Source: Eledone cirrhosa (lineage: Eukaryota). Taken from it: DNA of 64,000 nt. The notes below the pieces were generated by a model. The model was not told where the DNA came from. It worked only from the letters and a program-made list of their open reading frames with translations, and did not search any database. Shown here in pieces: positions 28,304-43,178 of this stretch (the first letter of the stretch is position 1; the number at the start of each line of letters is the position of its first letter). The translations under genes were made by a program, and so were the position numbers. The stretch covers positions 360,964,001 through 361,028,000 of the forward strand of contig OZ024741.1 of assembly GCA_964016885.1 (NCBI GenBank), read 5' to 3'.

Positions 28304-28914
28304 TACTATAATACCATTATCTTTGTCATTTTACATTCATTTTCCATGCTAGCATGGGCTGGGCAGGTCATCAGGGTCAGAAACTATATAGGCCAGAGAG
28401 TTATATCTTACTCGTACGTTTTAGATTTTGTCAAGATATCTACAGCTGGATGCTCTTCCTAACACCAAATACATTTAAGTCAAATGAAATATAATATATT
28501 TATCCAATAAAACACACCACTTATGTAAGGAAGTAATAGTCACTTGAAAAGAAAAGAAATTTTTTATATGATATTCATAACATTTACCAATACATTTCTT
28601 CAAACTTTTAGTTAAATTGGAAATTTCTTTTTTTTCTTTACTTCATTCTTTTGAAAGCTTATTTCAAATTGATCAAGAATCATGGAAGATGGCGTGTATG
28701 TGTGCAATGTCTATATACACATGCTTGATATATATATATTGCTTGATGATGTTTGTTTTTGAAATGCGCATAATAAAATATATGGAACTCCTTTAACCAT
28801 CTTTTGATCTTATATTATATATATATATATATATTGCAGTTCCATCCAGTAACATTGGAGGTGGGAGGTTTGATTCTCATAGATAGAACTATCACATTTT
28901 TTTCCACTTGTATA

Positions 28915-29041
28915 TAAATACATATACCCACATATATATACACACACAGACATGCATATATACACACACACACGCACATATATATATACACACACACATA
29001 TATATATACACACACACATATATACACACATACGCACACAC

Positions 29042-29122
<81 letters not shown>
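28915..29122. repeat. Compound (AT)n/(AC)n microsatellite
   Basis: Alternating ATAT/ACAC tracts that generate several spurious ORFs. Confidence 0.95.
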
Positions 29123-29305
29123 GTGAATTGGTGTGTAACATTTAGTTACTATTGGTTCACCAGTTTGAGCACTCAATGCTAATATGGATCCAGCTGCCGA
29201 TGTGAGGTTCTACATTTGGTGTTTCACCATAGTTAACTGATCGCAAAAGGCAGATCACGTGTGAATAAACATAACATAATGATGTTTCCTGCTCATCATT
29301 ATTAT

Positions 29306-29503
29306 GCGGTGGATTGGCAGTGTCGGTAAAGGGTTGGACGCCATGCTTTGCAGCAAAGAGTTACGGCCCTTTATGGTCTGAGTTCAAATCCCGCCGAGGT
29401 TCACTTTGCCTTTCATCCTTACGGGGTCGATAAAATAAAGTACCAGTAATACACTGGGTAATTGCCGGCCTTGTGCCAAAAGTAGAAACAATTATTATTA
29501 TTA
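29306..29503 (+). mobile_element. Meta-like SINE copy
   Basis: Same head and core, with an (ATT)n tail. Confidence 0.85.
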
Positions 29504-29777
29504 CTAGATGAGGGCGATGTTGTCTTCTCACTCTTTCTGTCACATACACACGCACACACTCTCTCTAAACAAATAACATTCTTTTTCTCACTAACTATAT
29601 GCATCTCTTTCACCCCCCCCCCCTCTCTATAGAGATGAAGGCAACATCATAACTTTCTGTCTATCTACTTCTTTCTGTCACCTCGAAAACACATGGCGTT
29701 CCTTTTTCTCTCTATGTACATATCGCTCGCGTATATAAAGTGAGCATGACGGACAGACAGAGCTCTTATAATATAGA
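29504..29777 (-). mobile_element. Short Helitron-like element
   Basis: The minus strand begins A|TCtatattataa...ctgtctgtccgtc and ends ...CTAG|T. Confidence 0.55.
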
Positions 29778-30631
29778 TTATTATCATCATATATTTTAAA
29801 AATTTAGTTATACCCTGGAGATGGAAAAAGTGGATAGAGGACCCTGCAAGAAATCAAACCCAGCATATCTTGGAAATCAAGGGTATGTGTTAACCATTAT
29901 GCTAAGAAGATCCTGGCCACCGATTTTATAAGATTTTAAGCCTATAATTAGAAGTGTCAACATCCTGTTCACTTAAGTCTACCATATTATCATCTTAATA
30001 TATATAAAATGTAAATAAACATGCATGAAAATATATATATACACACATATACACGTACACTAACATATAACCCTTTTTAAACAGGTGAATTTACAGCTAA
30101 ATACAGGTCATGAGATGAACAACATTACATCAAGTATTTTTTAGTAATAACCAGCTTGACAACAGTAGCAACACTAGTAACAATTTACAAAGAACTGAAG
30201 ATATGTTCAAAGGTTTTATGAAAAGGAATATTGGTCTGTATTGAGGAAGATATTAATATTAGCTACTCATGTGAGAATAATTTTCATTTTAATTGCTGTA
30301 ATCACCAGAAAATTATTGATACTTAAAAGGAAATAACTGAGATAATAATCAATTTTTTACAATATTATATATAATATTATCAATAGCAGGCAATGAAAAT
30401 AGCAGAGATAGTAAATTTAATTGACTAATCTCTGTATGGACTGTTGCAGTTCACTGGGCCAGATTTTAGCTTTAATTTCTCTGAAGTTATCTCCTCCCAG
30501 ATAGGATGCAACTCCAGTCTATCATAACTTCTGCAACAGACAACTAAATTTAACAGTGCTTGCCAACACATCACACATCAATTTTACAGTTCTATCACAG
30601 CTTACAATAGTAAGTTATACCACAGTGTGCT

Positions 30632-30970
30632 CAGGGCCAAATTAAAAAAAAAAAAAAATAGAGGTCCTAGGCAAGAGAACATTTGGGGCTCTAAGCACTT
30701 GTTTGAAAGAAACAATGAATATTTAAAGTACATGAATGTAGGCCTACACACAGAATGATACTGAAGTACCAGTATTGAGATATGCCAACTTCTAAAACAG
30801 AGGTGATACCAAAAAGAAAATGAAATGTATTTAATAACAATTATAATATTCTAAATATTGACAAAAATGTGGAATTTTGTAGCTATATTTTAATAAATAT
30901 TTAAAATGGGGCAGGGCCCCTCAGGGCTCTAAGGAACTGGATTGTAGCCCACATGTAAATCAGGTACTGC
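30632..30970. mobile_element. hAT-like MITE (cagggcc.. termini), relative at about 14491-14790
   Basis: Both copies start cagggcca.attaaaa and share gaaaatgaaatgtatttaataacaat.ataatattctaaat and cagggccc. Confidence 0.6.
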
Positions 30971-33372
30971 CCACAGACATAACTAAACATAATACTGCAA
31001 GTCAGCACAACACACATGAAGTTTACAATGTTGCCACTGCTTACGGTGGTGAACTATTCCACAGTTTGCTATTTACTTCTACCAGAGGTTTCCAAACAGT
31101 ATGTTGCCAATAATTTCTAGATGTGATGTGAAATTAAGAACATTTGGCTGTGAAAATATATATCAGTCCTGACAAATATACTATTGGGCATGTAATATAA
31201 TTCTCTATTAATTTCATAGTTCAAACAAAACTTAATGTTTTAAAATAAAAAGGGTATTATTAAGTTTTGAACACACTGATCTAAGCCATGGATACAACCA
31301 GTGTCAATTCTTGACTGGTTGCTTCACCAGTACCCTATCAACTTAAAACTGTTCACATTCTCTGAAACTGACAAAGATTGAAGTGCAATGCCAGAAGTAA
31401 TGCAAGTATTTTAGTTTTGCATCTGTTTTGGAAATTTTAGCAGAAAGACATAATCTGCTACCCAATTTAACACCACTGTCATCATCTAGATTATCTTAGT
31501 ATGAAGAATATATAAAAACCAATAAAACTATGCTCAAACTTATGGCTAACTTTGTATATAAAATGTAATACTAGTGAAATAATTCTAAGAGGAAATATTC
31601 TCATTCAACTTCTTGCACTAAAATTATCTTGTACCTTGATTTTAAAAACAAATCAATACTTAATATAACAGCAATAATGAATTTTTTAGCTGACTTTATC
31701 CAATGTTGGTCCAGATTATATTACAATATCAAACCAACGATAGAGTTATGTATGGCTGCTTGACCAACGAGAAATAGCAATCAAACTCCTTCAAATCACA
31801 CTATCATTTTGAATAAAGAATGATACAATATAGTCCTTCATATACAAAAAGACAGGATGGTCATAGCTGGATATATCATACTGAAGCTAAACAACAACAG
31901 TAAACCATTTCTAGATCCAGATGCAAGCACTCCCCAACTTACAACTGGGTTCTGTTCCAACTAAGTTGAAATGGACATAACTTGAACTGGGGAGTTGGAG
32001 TTATTTTATATACATTACTCATATACTATATAACTATTACATTTTATTTTATTTTTTATTCGTTGTCATATGTATTAACCCAGGCTTGGTTTTTTACGCT
32101 TTGTGTAGATGTTTGGATGCAGGGAAATTTGAATTTAAGTACTGAAACGGAACAGATAAAAATGTGTATACATGTGGGGAAATATAAAACATAACTACTA
32201 TTGATAGTACGTCATCATCATCATGTATATTATATTTGAAGGTGTGCCTGCATATCTAAGGAGAAAGCTAGGCAATCTATAGAGTGGGTGATATCATTTT
32301 TTGTTCTTCACATACCAAATCCACTCAAAGATTTTAGTTGTACCTCTCCTGTATATGAAGGCAGTTGTCCTAGTGGTTAGAGTGTTGGACTCATGATCAT
32401 AAGATCACAAATTTGATTCCTGGATCAGGCAGCATTTTATATTTTAGAAATATTCTGCCAGGCATCAATAGAAACATTACTTCCTTGATTTAATCTGATA
32501 ATCGGCTCCTTTCCTGTTTTTTGCCTTTTAACCTAGCAACAAGTCAAACATTGCTATAAACTGCAGACCAACATTCTCTTTAAAAATAGGAAAACAGAAG
32601 CACCACTTCTAATGTACACAGTACTTGTATTGGTCTGGACAACCCTGGGCTAGGGAAGGGAAGGACAGAGCAGTGATTTTCAGAAACAAAAATAAAAAAA
32701 TAATTAAAAACACTTTCAACATATATATATATAAAAAATATTAAAAAAATAAAAAAAATACTAACTATTTATTGATCTACTGCAGTATTAATACTACAAT
32801 AACAAAAATACTTACACATTGCTAGTGCATCATCTTTGACATTGAGTGGGAGACAAATTATGGTGTGTGTGTGTACAATGGCTACCATGTTGCCTGAGTA
32901 TGTAAATCAGCTGACAGGAAACTAGGCTGAAGACTCTTCTAGCCCACATAAATGTATAGTTTACAAAGAAAAAAAAAAGGTTAAAGTCTGTCTCAAACCC
33001 AGAGGTTTCAGTACAGAGTTTATTCTGGTTTCATTGATGTTAAGTGACAGAGTACAAACTTCCCTTAGACAGGATGCCAGTCTATAGTAGGGTTAATCTC
33101 CAGCTGCTGGTACCCATTTTCATCTGAGTTGACAAGAGCAACATGAAATGAAGTGTTTTCTAATTTTGGCACAAGACCAGAAATTTATGGAGTGTGTGTA
33201 TGTCAATTACATCAACCTCATTGTTTGACCGGTACTATATTTTATCAACACCAAAAGAATGAAAGGCAAAATTGACCTCAGTGGTATATGAACTCAGAGT
33301 GTAAAGAGTCAGAACAAATAGCACCAGCCATTCTATTCAACTATGCCAATCTACTTCTCTTTCACAGTAATG

Positions 33373-33549
33373 ATAATTGTTTCTACTTTTGGCACAAGGC
33401 CAGCAATTACTCCAATGCATTACTGGTTCTTTATTTTATCGACCCCATAAGGATGGAAGGCAAAGTTAACCTCGGCAGGATTTGAACTCAGAATGTAAAG
33501 GGCCATCACTATGCTGCAAAGCATGGTGTCTGACGCTCTACCGATACTG
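33373..33549 (-). mobile_element. Meta-like SINE copy
   Basis: Reverse complement of the family sequence. An older degenerate copy sits immediately upstream at about 33160-33350. Confidence 0.85.
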
Positions 33550-36500
33550 GAATAATAATGATTTCTTTTACTGGCCACAACATCCATGACATTGAAGATT
33601 GCTGCTCTCAGAGGTTTATTGTTGAACATATAGCAGTAGAAACATCTGGCATCTTGGGCCCCCACCCCAAAGCATCTCCCTACTAACTGCAATAGGAACA
33701 GAGATGGCCATCAGCAAGAATGAATCCTTTGTGAGACAAAGCTAGCCATTTGAATTGCAAGTACAATTCATTTGTGAGCTGAGTGGACTGGAGCAATGTG
33801 AAATATAGTATCTCACTGAAAGGCATGACAGGCCTGCCACCAGGGATCAAACTCACAACTTTACAATTGTGAACTGGACACTCTAACCACTAAGCTAAAT
33901 ACCTTCATTATATAACAACAATCAATATGAGGTAACCACGACAACAATAATTACCAGAATGTGCATGTGCGTGGAAAGTCAACAATGGTTACAGAGAAAG
34001 CACTAGACAACAGGAAGTTGGGACAAACTCAATCTAGCATCATTTCATTTAGGTAATACAGATGAGAGGAAATACATGGCAAGACACTATTGATTTCTTA
34101 CACAGACACACACATACATAGAAACACACATGCAGACACAGACACACAAACACAATGGGGCTCCTATCACTAAAACGCCCCATAGAAGGCCAGCTCAAGC
34201 TATATAGGTGTGAGCTGTAACAACAGACTCAGTTTTATATTTACAACAAAGTGGGAATGTGATTGTGTAGCATTCATATCTTTCTCAGACAAGTATAGCT
34301 GTGTGGTTAAAGAGTTCATTTTGTAACCATGTATGCAACCTCGAGTGTTTTTTACTATAGCCTTTGGTTAACCAATGACTTGTGAGCAAAATTTGGTAGA
34401 TGGAGGCTATACAGAGGTCCATCATATGTGTGTGTGTGTGTCCATGTCTATAGTTGTTTATGTCCTATAACTTAGGAATACAACAAAAAGAGATCACTAA
34501 CCTAGGGTGCTAAACATCCAGGTGTTGGCCCTGTACACATCTCAGGACAAAATAAACAAGATGGTGATGACGGTCTTCAATTGTCCAGTATCACATGTTT
34601 ACAATACACTTTAATTCACATATTTTAAAGTGTCTAATAATCTTACTGTGTATCTATCCTGGGTCATTAGCTCTGATCATAGAGCATCCAGCCATAAAAT
34701 ACTGCCTCAGAAAAGCTCATCTAATCCACACCAGTATGGAGAAATGGATATAAAAACAATGTGTGACACCTCAGGCAAATGTCTCCTACAATAGCCTCAG
34801 GCTGACCGAGGTCTTCTGAGTGAAATTTGGTGGATGAAAACTGTAGAGGAGCAAGTCGTATATGTATATATAAATGTGTGCTTAATTTATTCTTGTTTGT
34901 TTATGTCCCGTAACTTAGAAGTTTGACAAAAAGAGATTGATGAAATAAATACCAGACATGAAAAATAAATACTGGGGTCAATATGACCAACTAAATCCCT
35001 TCAAGGTGGTGCTCCAGCATAGCTGCAGTCTATAAATTAAAGTACATATGTACATGCATGTAATTTTTAAGTACTAGATCCGTCATGATGAAAAACCTTC
35101 CAGTAGTGACCATCCTGCCTGATATTCTGACAGTTTATGACAACAATCTGATATTCTTTCTTCTTTAAGATGTGATTTGAAGGAGATTTGATTGATATTT
35201 CTAGCAGGTCAGGTGATCACAGACAGGCTCTATCATTGGTTCATGTGTGTCACTGCTGGAATTTACATGATTTCCACACACACACATACATGCGCATTTT
35301 TTATTCAGACTGTATATATGATTACAGGATTTAATATTTCTTTTGAAAGAAAGTATGTGATTTTGAGGGGGATTTGGCTGGTATTTTTAGTAGTATGAGT
35401 GACCAGACAGCTCCATCATGAGCTCGATTGGTGTGAGTGCATGTGTGTGTTTATATGTATGTGTGCATGTGTGTGCTTGTGTTATGTGTGCATGTATGTA
35501 TATATGTGGGAGGAAGGAATCATGTAAATTCACAAACCATGTTTTAATAGCAAACTATATAAAGCAGGGTTAATGACACAATTGTTGTTGCAGAAGAAAA
35601 GAAAAGAAAAAATTGTTGGGGAAAATGAAACAATATAAAGAAACTCAGTAGAAATTTGGCAGTTAACAAGTAATCTAAATTATGTGGAGAAAATATCTAT
35701 TTTGAAATTTTGTCAGTCTCTCAGTTTATTTTTGTTTACAGCTATTTTCCAATCCTGCTCTGCCAAATTATCAGTATCATTTAACATCTATTTTTCCTGT
35801 TTGTACAGGTTGGAAGGGTCACCAAAGACCAAGTCAATATTTAATCAGAGCCACAGACCTCCCAAACAAGATGGTGAGGCTGACTCACACTTCTACAGAG
35901 TGCATTAGGTACATTTTATCATGGCACCAATGCTAGAGAAGTTGTCATGTCTTTGACACAGCATTTATTCAGAAATCATTGTAAAAAGCTGTAGTAAATC
36001 TGCAGGCATGACTGTATGGCTACAGAATTAAAGTTTTGGGTTTAGTCACTGTGTAGTACCTTGGATAAATCTTTTCTAATATAGCTGCGAGTTGATCAAT
36101 ACTTTGTTGTAAAGCTGGTAATAAGTACTGTGTAGAAATCTGTCATACATATACATGTATGTGTTATGTCCCACAGATTAACTAAGTACCAATCATGAAA
36201 AAATAAGTACTGGGGTAAATATGATTAACTCAGTCCCTCCAAGCATGGTCACAGCATAGTCTAATGACTAAAACCAGTAGAATGAAAACTGAAAAGCTAT
36301 TATTGGTCCTATAGTTGGATAAATATAGGTGTATGCCTTAATTATTTTGATACCAACTCGCCTGAAATTGCCCCCGACCCTAAAACTCTTTTAAAGTGTT
36401 TATGATATAGTTATATCAATTTTATGTAAAAACCTTCATTAAGTTATGTTCCAAGCACCAACCTAATAATGAGAAAATTAGTTATATTATTAAACCTCTC

Positions 36501-36716
36501 CAAATTCTTGATTATTTGAAAATCATAGGCAATGTTTTCCATTAGAAATATGGTAATGAAACACTTCAAAAAACATGACTCATTATGTGACCATTGCATC
36601 TTTATTGTAAACAATATAGATCCTCTGACAATGTGCTTTCAATTATTCAGTTAAATGAATATCTAACTCATGAATTAATGCATAAGTGGTTGAATATTCC
36701 ACAGACATGTACTCTT

Positions 36717-36883
36717 AATAATTGTTTCTACGTTAGGCACAAGGCCAGCAATTACCCAGTGTATTACTGGTACTTTATTTTATCAACCCCATAAGGATGA
36801 AAAGCAAAGTTAACCTCGGCGGGATTTGAACTCAGAATGGCAAGGGCCGTAACTATATGCGTCAAAGCAAGGCGTCCGACCCT
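36717..36883 (-). mobile_element. Meta-like SINE copy (5'-truncated)
   Basis: Reverse complement of the family sequence. Confidence 0.85.
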
Positions 36884-37320
36884 TAATAATGAAGGAGAAG
36901 GATACAATATGTGACAAGATTGGACCTTTGAATTAAAAATACACTCCATCTTACTGGCTTCCTCAGTTTCCATCAACTCAATTTCCCTCACATGGCATGA
37001 ATAAACCTGACACTTCCCCATGATGCTACAGTGAGTTTGAACCCAGGGACTCATGATTGCAAAGTTAACTTCTTAATCATTCAGCCATTCCTGTGTTCAA
37101 TTCTGTGACCATAATGTTTTTATTGCAACAGTAAGGTTAAGTAAGAACTGAATCCAGTTTGTAAACATAGTTTGATAACTGTTCACCTCCATACTGCAGT
37201 TACTTTATCACATTATGCCAGGAAAAAAATTAATAAGTTGGTGATTGTGGTGGGAAAGCACTTGACATATCCAGGATCATGTTCACAAAACATTTCTTTA
37301 TTCTCATATTTTATAGTATC

Positions 37321-37325
<5 letters not shown>

Positions 37326-37390
<65 letters not shown>
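37326..37390. repeat. (GT)n microsatellite
   Basis: Uninterrupted TG run. Confidence 0.97.
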
Positions 37391-37393
<3 letters not shown>

Positions 37394-40300
37394 ATGGAAC
37401 AGTTTTTTCTTTCAAACATTATATTAAAAACAAGCCAAATCTCTTTCAAATCCCATTCTACTATATTAACAAAAAGACACAGATATCCAGTAATACTTTT
37501 GTAGACACCTTAGAGGTCTGTGGACAACAGGTTGAGAACAGCTGCAGTATATAATGTAGTCCCAGATAAAATATGTCGGAATAAAAAGGCAAGATAGTAA
37601 CAGTTGAAATAGCTAACATATGTCAGCCAGATAAGAAAGCAATAATAACAACAGTAGCAGTAAATGCATCTTTCTAACTGAACAAATTCTATTGAAAAAT
37701 TATTTTATACCATTCATAATTCTTATAAATTACATACAGCATATAACCATGTAAAATAATTTCAATAAATGTATATTAAGCAGGTTAAATTAGGAAGTCA
37801 CAGGCAGAATATTGTTCCATATGAAATCTACATATTTTAGAATATTCGAGAAAAACTATGACTGACAAAGAATTCGGTCTCTTTGTAAAAAGAAAACAAG
37901 AATTGAATATTTTAAATATTCATCATCAGGGATTCAGCAAAAATGTATGAAACATTCTGCACCAAGGGCCAAAAAACTTAGCCCTTTTGTTACCATATTT
38001 TCCTATGAAAGACACTGCCTATGATTTTCAAATAATTCTGAAAATAATTAAGAATTTGGAGGGATAATTAACTTTGTTATTATCAAATTGGCACCTGGAA
38101 CATAAAGGTTCTTACATGAAATTACAATGGAAGGTTTTGGGATATATATATACAGTTTAAAATACAGTTCCGTAACAAAGACAATGGTGGATTTGGTATC
38201 AAAAAGGTTAAAAAAAGAAGAGGCAACGACAACTGAAAATAGGTACTGGAATGATGTAAAAGTTTGAAACTTTCAAATTTGTAAAACTATCCAACCCAGG
38301 GCAAAGTGTAAAACGTTAACATCATGCTCCAACAACAACAAAAAAAATGTCATGATAACTTCTTTTATTGGTTACAGTCTATCAGGTGTGGCTATGCAGA
38401 GTATTGTAGTTAGAACAACAATACACCACTAATAATAGCATTCATAATCTGAAGATGAGGCTGTGATGGTCTCAAAATGGCTCGTAGTTCTATTATTTGA
38501 AACCAAACAAAGAATTAATTTTAAAAATGTGGGAAATCCTTGATAAAAAAAAAAATCCAACTAGAGTACCTAGAGCACAGTCGTTTATTTTTACAATATA
38601 ACATAACCATGTTGTACCCTGTTCATACAAATACACACGAACATGATAGACTTTCTTTTACAGTATCCGTCTACAAAATTCACTCACAAGCCATTGGTCA
38701 GCGAAGAGGCTATAGTAGAAGACATGAGTCCAGGGTGTCATGCAATGGGATAGATCCCAAGACCACAGGGTTATGAAGCAAACATTTTAACCACACAGTC
38801 ATGACTGTACCTATGGAAATTGCATCAACTGACCAATTCTACAAGTAATAAAAACCTCTTGTTATCTATGAAACCTGCATACTATTTCACACCAATGTCA
38901 GATGAGTGGTATACATTTTATAGTCACTATGATCAATATCACAGCAGTATGATGTCGAGCTAGTGTAATAATTATGTATAAGCACAATTGCTAGAAGCAG
39001 GAGTGAACAAAGGAGCTTCTATCTACATAGTCACTCGACCTGCTAGAAACAGAAGCCAAATATCCATTAAACCACGTCTTACTGACTTAAAAACATAATG
39101 GAATGATACAAGCGAACGTAGTCGCTGATATACAAAATGATGGCTTTGTCACAGCTAGAATGCCTTTAATCACGTCTGCTCAATAAGGGCTGACCTGGGC
39201 CTATACAACAACAATGCTAGTTCTGAGAGATCAACAATGCCATACTGTTATAACTAAATATATTCCATGCACCTTCACAAACTGTAGAGGCACATGGCTT
39301 AATGATTAGGGTGTTGGACTCATGATCATAAGGTCAAGGGTTCAATTCCTGGACTAGGCAGTGCATTGTATTCTTGAGCAAGATGCTTTATTTCATGTTG
39401 CTTTTGATGATAGGACTGGGGCCCCCCTTTCATTAAGACACCGGAGAAACCTAAGAGATACAACCTGATGGGACTGGTCCCCATTATTCGATAAAATAAA
39501 GTACCAGTAATAGACTGGGATAATTGCTGACCTTGTGCCAAAAGTAGAAAATTATTAATACCACTGAAAACCACCTCATAGATCAACTAAACCTGCATAG
39601 CTGTGACCTGTATCTTTCATTTTGTATGTCAATAACATTTTCTTTATATTTACTCCAATTATAGTTTACTATTTTCTTAAAGACCTCTTGGGATCTTATA
39701 GGAGACCAGCTAAATTTAAGAAGGTGTAAACTGCAACAGCAAACAAATAAATGTTATCGTTAAACATTAAGGAAATTAGTGGTGTTCTATGACAACAACA
39801 ATCAATACCATAAAAACAAATGAAAGTAATATAATTTCAGTGTTGCTTATCACCACAGTAACCAGCTTTGTCTAGGATGATAACTGGATGATATCCAAAT
39901 TATTTTTTTCAGGCCAACCCTCAAGAAGACCTATGGCAAATTGGCAGAATTGCTATATATATATAGGTGTGTGTGTCCTGGTTCTCTGCTGAGGTCAACT
40001 TTGCCTTTCATCATATCAGGGTCAATGAAATAAAGTATCAGTTCAAGCCAGTGGATTGGCAGAATTGTTAGAACATGCCTTGTATTATTTATTCCAGTTC
40101 TTTGTTTTCTGAACTCAAATCATACCGAGGCCTATTTGGGTGGTAGATTTAATCCAATGCCTGGCTTAAACACCACCATTTGACCCTTAAGTGCTTTTAG
40201 AGTTCATTGCTCAGTTTAAACACTATCATTTGACCATAAGTGCTTTTAGCAGAGGTCATTCTGTTGCAAGGTTTTGGGTCAGGTTTCTTATTTCTCCTTA

Positions 40301-41693
40301 TGAGTCTCAGAGGCTCCGAAAAGGGTCACGGGCTCTGCTAGTATTGCAGAGTTATGTTCAACAAAATTATCTAATGCATCCTTCTCTTATTTAATATGAC
40401 AGAGTGTCATTTAAGGGAGATTTGGCTTTCACATAAAGAGATATGCCTTTAGTCTTGTTTATATCCGATCCTTCCTCCAATTCCAGTCTTATGAAACCTT
40501 ACTGAAATCAATAAACAAACTGTTGGATACTGTCCTTACCCTCCAAACAGTAACACATAGAAAGAAAGCCAGCTATTTGATAATGAATACCATATGTCAC
40601 CACCATGTTTGATGTCAAATAAAATGGACTTATGTTGAATATCAATCAACTCAAAAGCCTACATGTTAAAACCTATGTATGTACATATGTATTCTTATGG
40701 AAGTAAATCAAATCCACACACCACCATAAATCAAACTTATGGGTCAGTCGTCCTCATGGTCCCAAGCAACAGGATGGAGAAGACATTGATCTCATTGAGA
40801 TCAACATATGGGAGGTGGCTGGCACTATAATGGCATGACAGTGGAACCACAGAGGCATTTGTGAAGCTCACAGATCCGGAAGCCAAGCCTCAGGGAAACA
40901 CTGATGCGCAAGCAGTTGCTGTCCAGCTAAGTGCCAGTTGCAAGTGATGGTACTGCATTGAGCACAGCACAACTGTGTGGTAGGGAGACTGAGCGAAAAC
41001 ATGCCGGACAGTGCTGGTCAAGCCAGTGCACCAGCTTGTCTGATGTCATGTTAAACCTTGACATGCTGCCCAACTCATGCCAGCACAAAAAAAAACGGAT
41101 TTAAAATGATGATGATGATGTAACTGCTACATATAAGTGAATGTCGTGGATAGATTGGATAGCTGATTCTTTTGACTTCAATATTTATTGAAGACCAAAA
41201 CGTGCAAGTTGATTTGTTTCCTGGAACTAAATGTCTTGACCATTGACAATATATAGTGTCAGCTACAACATACAAAATGTCAATCCTCTTTAGCTAACAT
41301 TGTATATTGACTTGGCTGGTTGTGACGCATTCTTGGCAATAAGTTACTGAAATATGCAAAAGAAATTGCTGTAAACAAGTTTTTTTTAAATAGTTAGAAG
41401 TGACATTTTGAAGTGCTGTGAATTGTTGTTCAGCCACATCTGAGGTTTCAATGAACAAACCTATGATCAAAAACATTCTAGCCATGACCATCTCATCTTT
41501 GCTGCAGACAGTGTAGTACAATGTGTCCTTCCCTTCTTAAGACAGCAAAATGTGATGAGGGAAATTTGGCTGCTATTTCTAGCACATCAAGCAACCATGA
41601 GGAGACTTCCTCATAGGCTAAAGTGCTGCAGCTGTTGTTACAGCTCCTGATAGAGCAAACCAAAAAGCATTCTAAGATCATTCAATTTATATA

Positions 41694-41849
41694 CAGTGAA
41701 ATTCCGTTATAACTAATTTCACGGGGTATAAAAAAATTCGTTGTAACGAAAAATTCTTTATAAAGGGATCGACCTAACACATCGAGCGAGTGGCCGAGGA
41801 TTGAAAAAAATGTTATACTGACAAATTCGTTATAACGGAATTTTAACTG
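41694..41849. mobile_element. Tc1/mariner (pogo/Tigger-like) MITE
   Basis: TA-flanked; TIRs cagtgaaattccgttataac / gttataacggaattttaactg. Confidence 0.8.
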
Positions 41850-42998
41850 TATATATTATACTCTGTAAAGTGATATTACACCCAGTACATTCTGTAAAGT
41901 GATATTACACCCAGTACATTCTGTAAAGTGCTGGTGTCATTATAAAATGAACTCAGTACACCTTCAATTAGTTTCAAGCCTTTCCAGTTCAAATATCCTA
42001 TTATTCCCAATAAATTTAAAGCTATGTATTTTATGTAAGAAATTCATTGAATTGAAGTTTTAACTTAATCTTCGATAACTGCATTACATTTAAAAAAATC
42101 TTATAAACCATAAATGATGCGAGTTCTAAAGGATCAATTTTGTTTGTGATTATAAGTTCTTTTTCATAGAAGAAAAAAAGAATACATATCAAAGGCCCTA
42201 AAAATAAGTTCCCTTCGGTCATGATTGACCATGGGTTTACACTTGCAAAATTGCTTTATAAAACGCAAGCCTGGTTTTATGGAAGGACCGTAGTTGCCAG
42301 TCACCTCTCTCCACGCCACTGATGTTGTCCAAGAGAAAGGCAAAAGCCGATACAGTTTGGCAACAATGTCATCGCAACTCGTTTTTTCCAACGTGAAATA
42401 AAGTGTCCTGATCAAGAACATTGCGTCACCCGGAACTAACTCACGACCTTACGATTAAGACTCCAACATCCTAACCCACCCAAAAGCTTTCATAAAGGAT
42501 GTAGCACATAGAAACGAAGGGGGGAGGGGGACAAACGTAAATCCTTATACAAACATTGTTTTCAAAGTAAATTAAACATAAAATTTCCAGGGCGAGGAGA
42601 GTTCATGTTGAAGTAAACATATAAATAAAAAAAACAATACGATAATGATTTCACTTATAGACATTACTTCTCAGATTTCTATGAGATTACGTGAAATTTG
42701 TGTATCCGTGTATCCGTGTATATCTATTATAGTCAGTCAACTGACTAGACTCCAGTATATTTTAGAGAGATACACAGAAAATTTCGTTTATTAACTGAAT
42801 AAACAAACTGAAAATGGCCAAGAAAAGTGGGAGGATACAACGAAATAGGTTTGCACAAGCTGTCTGCGTGAGAAAGAAAGAATGACATTAGCTTGTGTAA
42901 AAGTAGCTGTACATAAAGTATCTATGTGTATACATACATACATGTGTATATATACACACACACATATGTATGTATGTATGATATATGTAGAAAGGGAA

Positions 42999-43092
42999 AG
43001 ATGTGTAAAATCCCAACCACGGCGCCAAGCGGTTTCGGCTTGTGTTCAGAAGCCGAAACCGCTTGGCGCCGTGGTTGGGATTTTACACATCT
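42999..43092. repeat. Perfect inverted repeat (43-bp arms, 8-nt spacer)
   Basis: agatgtgtaaaatcccaaccacggcgccaagcggtttcggctt-gtgttcag-aagccgaaaccgcttggcgccgtggttgggattttacacatct. Confidence 0.97.
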
Positions 43093-43178
43093 CTACACGT
43101 ACTCTGCATCTCCTCATGCATTGAGTACTCCCATGATTAGTGGTCTCTCCGGTCACAGCACCACAGACATACACTCTC

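Noticed and set aside
28810-29182. Several overlapping ORFs rich in Y/I/C/V/H/T (also at 7905, 9068, 37172, 42926, 43924, 47647)
   Set aside because: They are translations of AT/AC/GT microsatellites.
41272-41347. Strong-looking minus-strand acceptor (tttcttttgcatatttcag)
   Set aside because: The Rab4-compatible frame hits a stop after about 17 codons, with no homology and no convincing donor.
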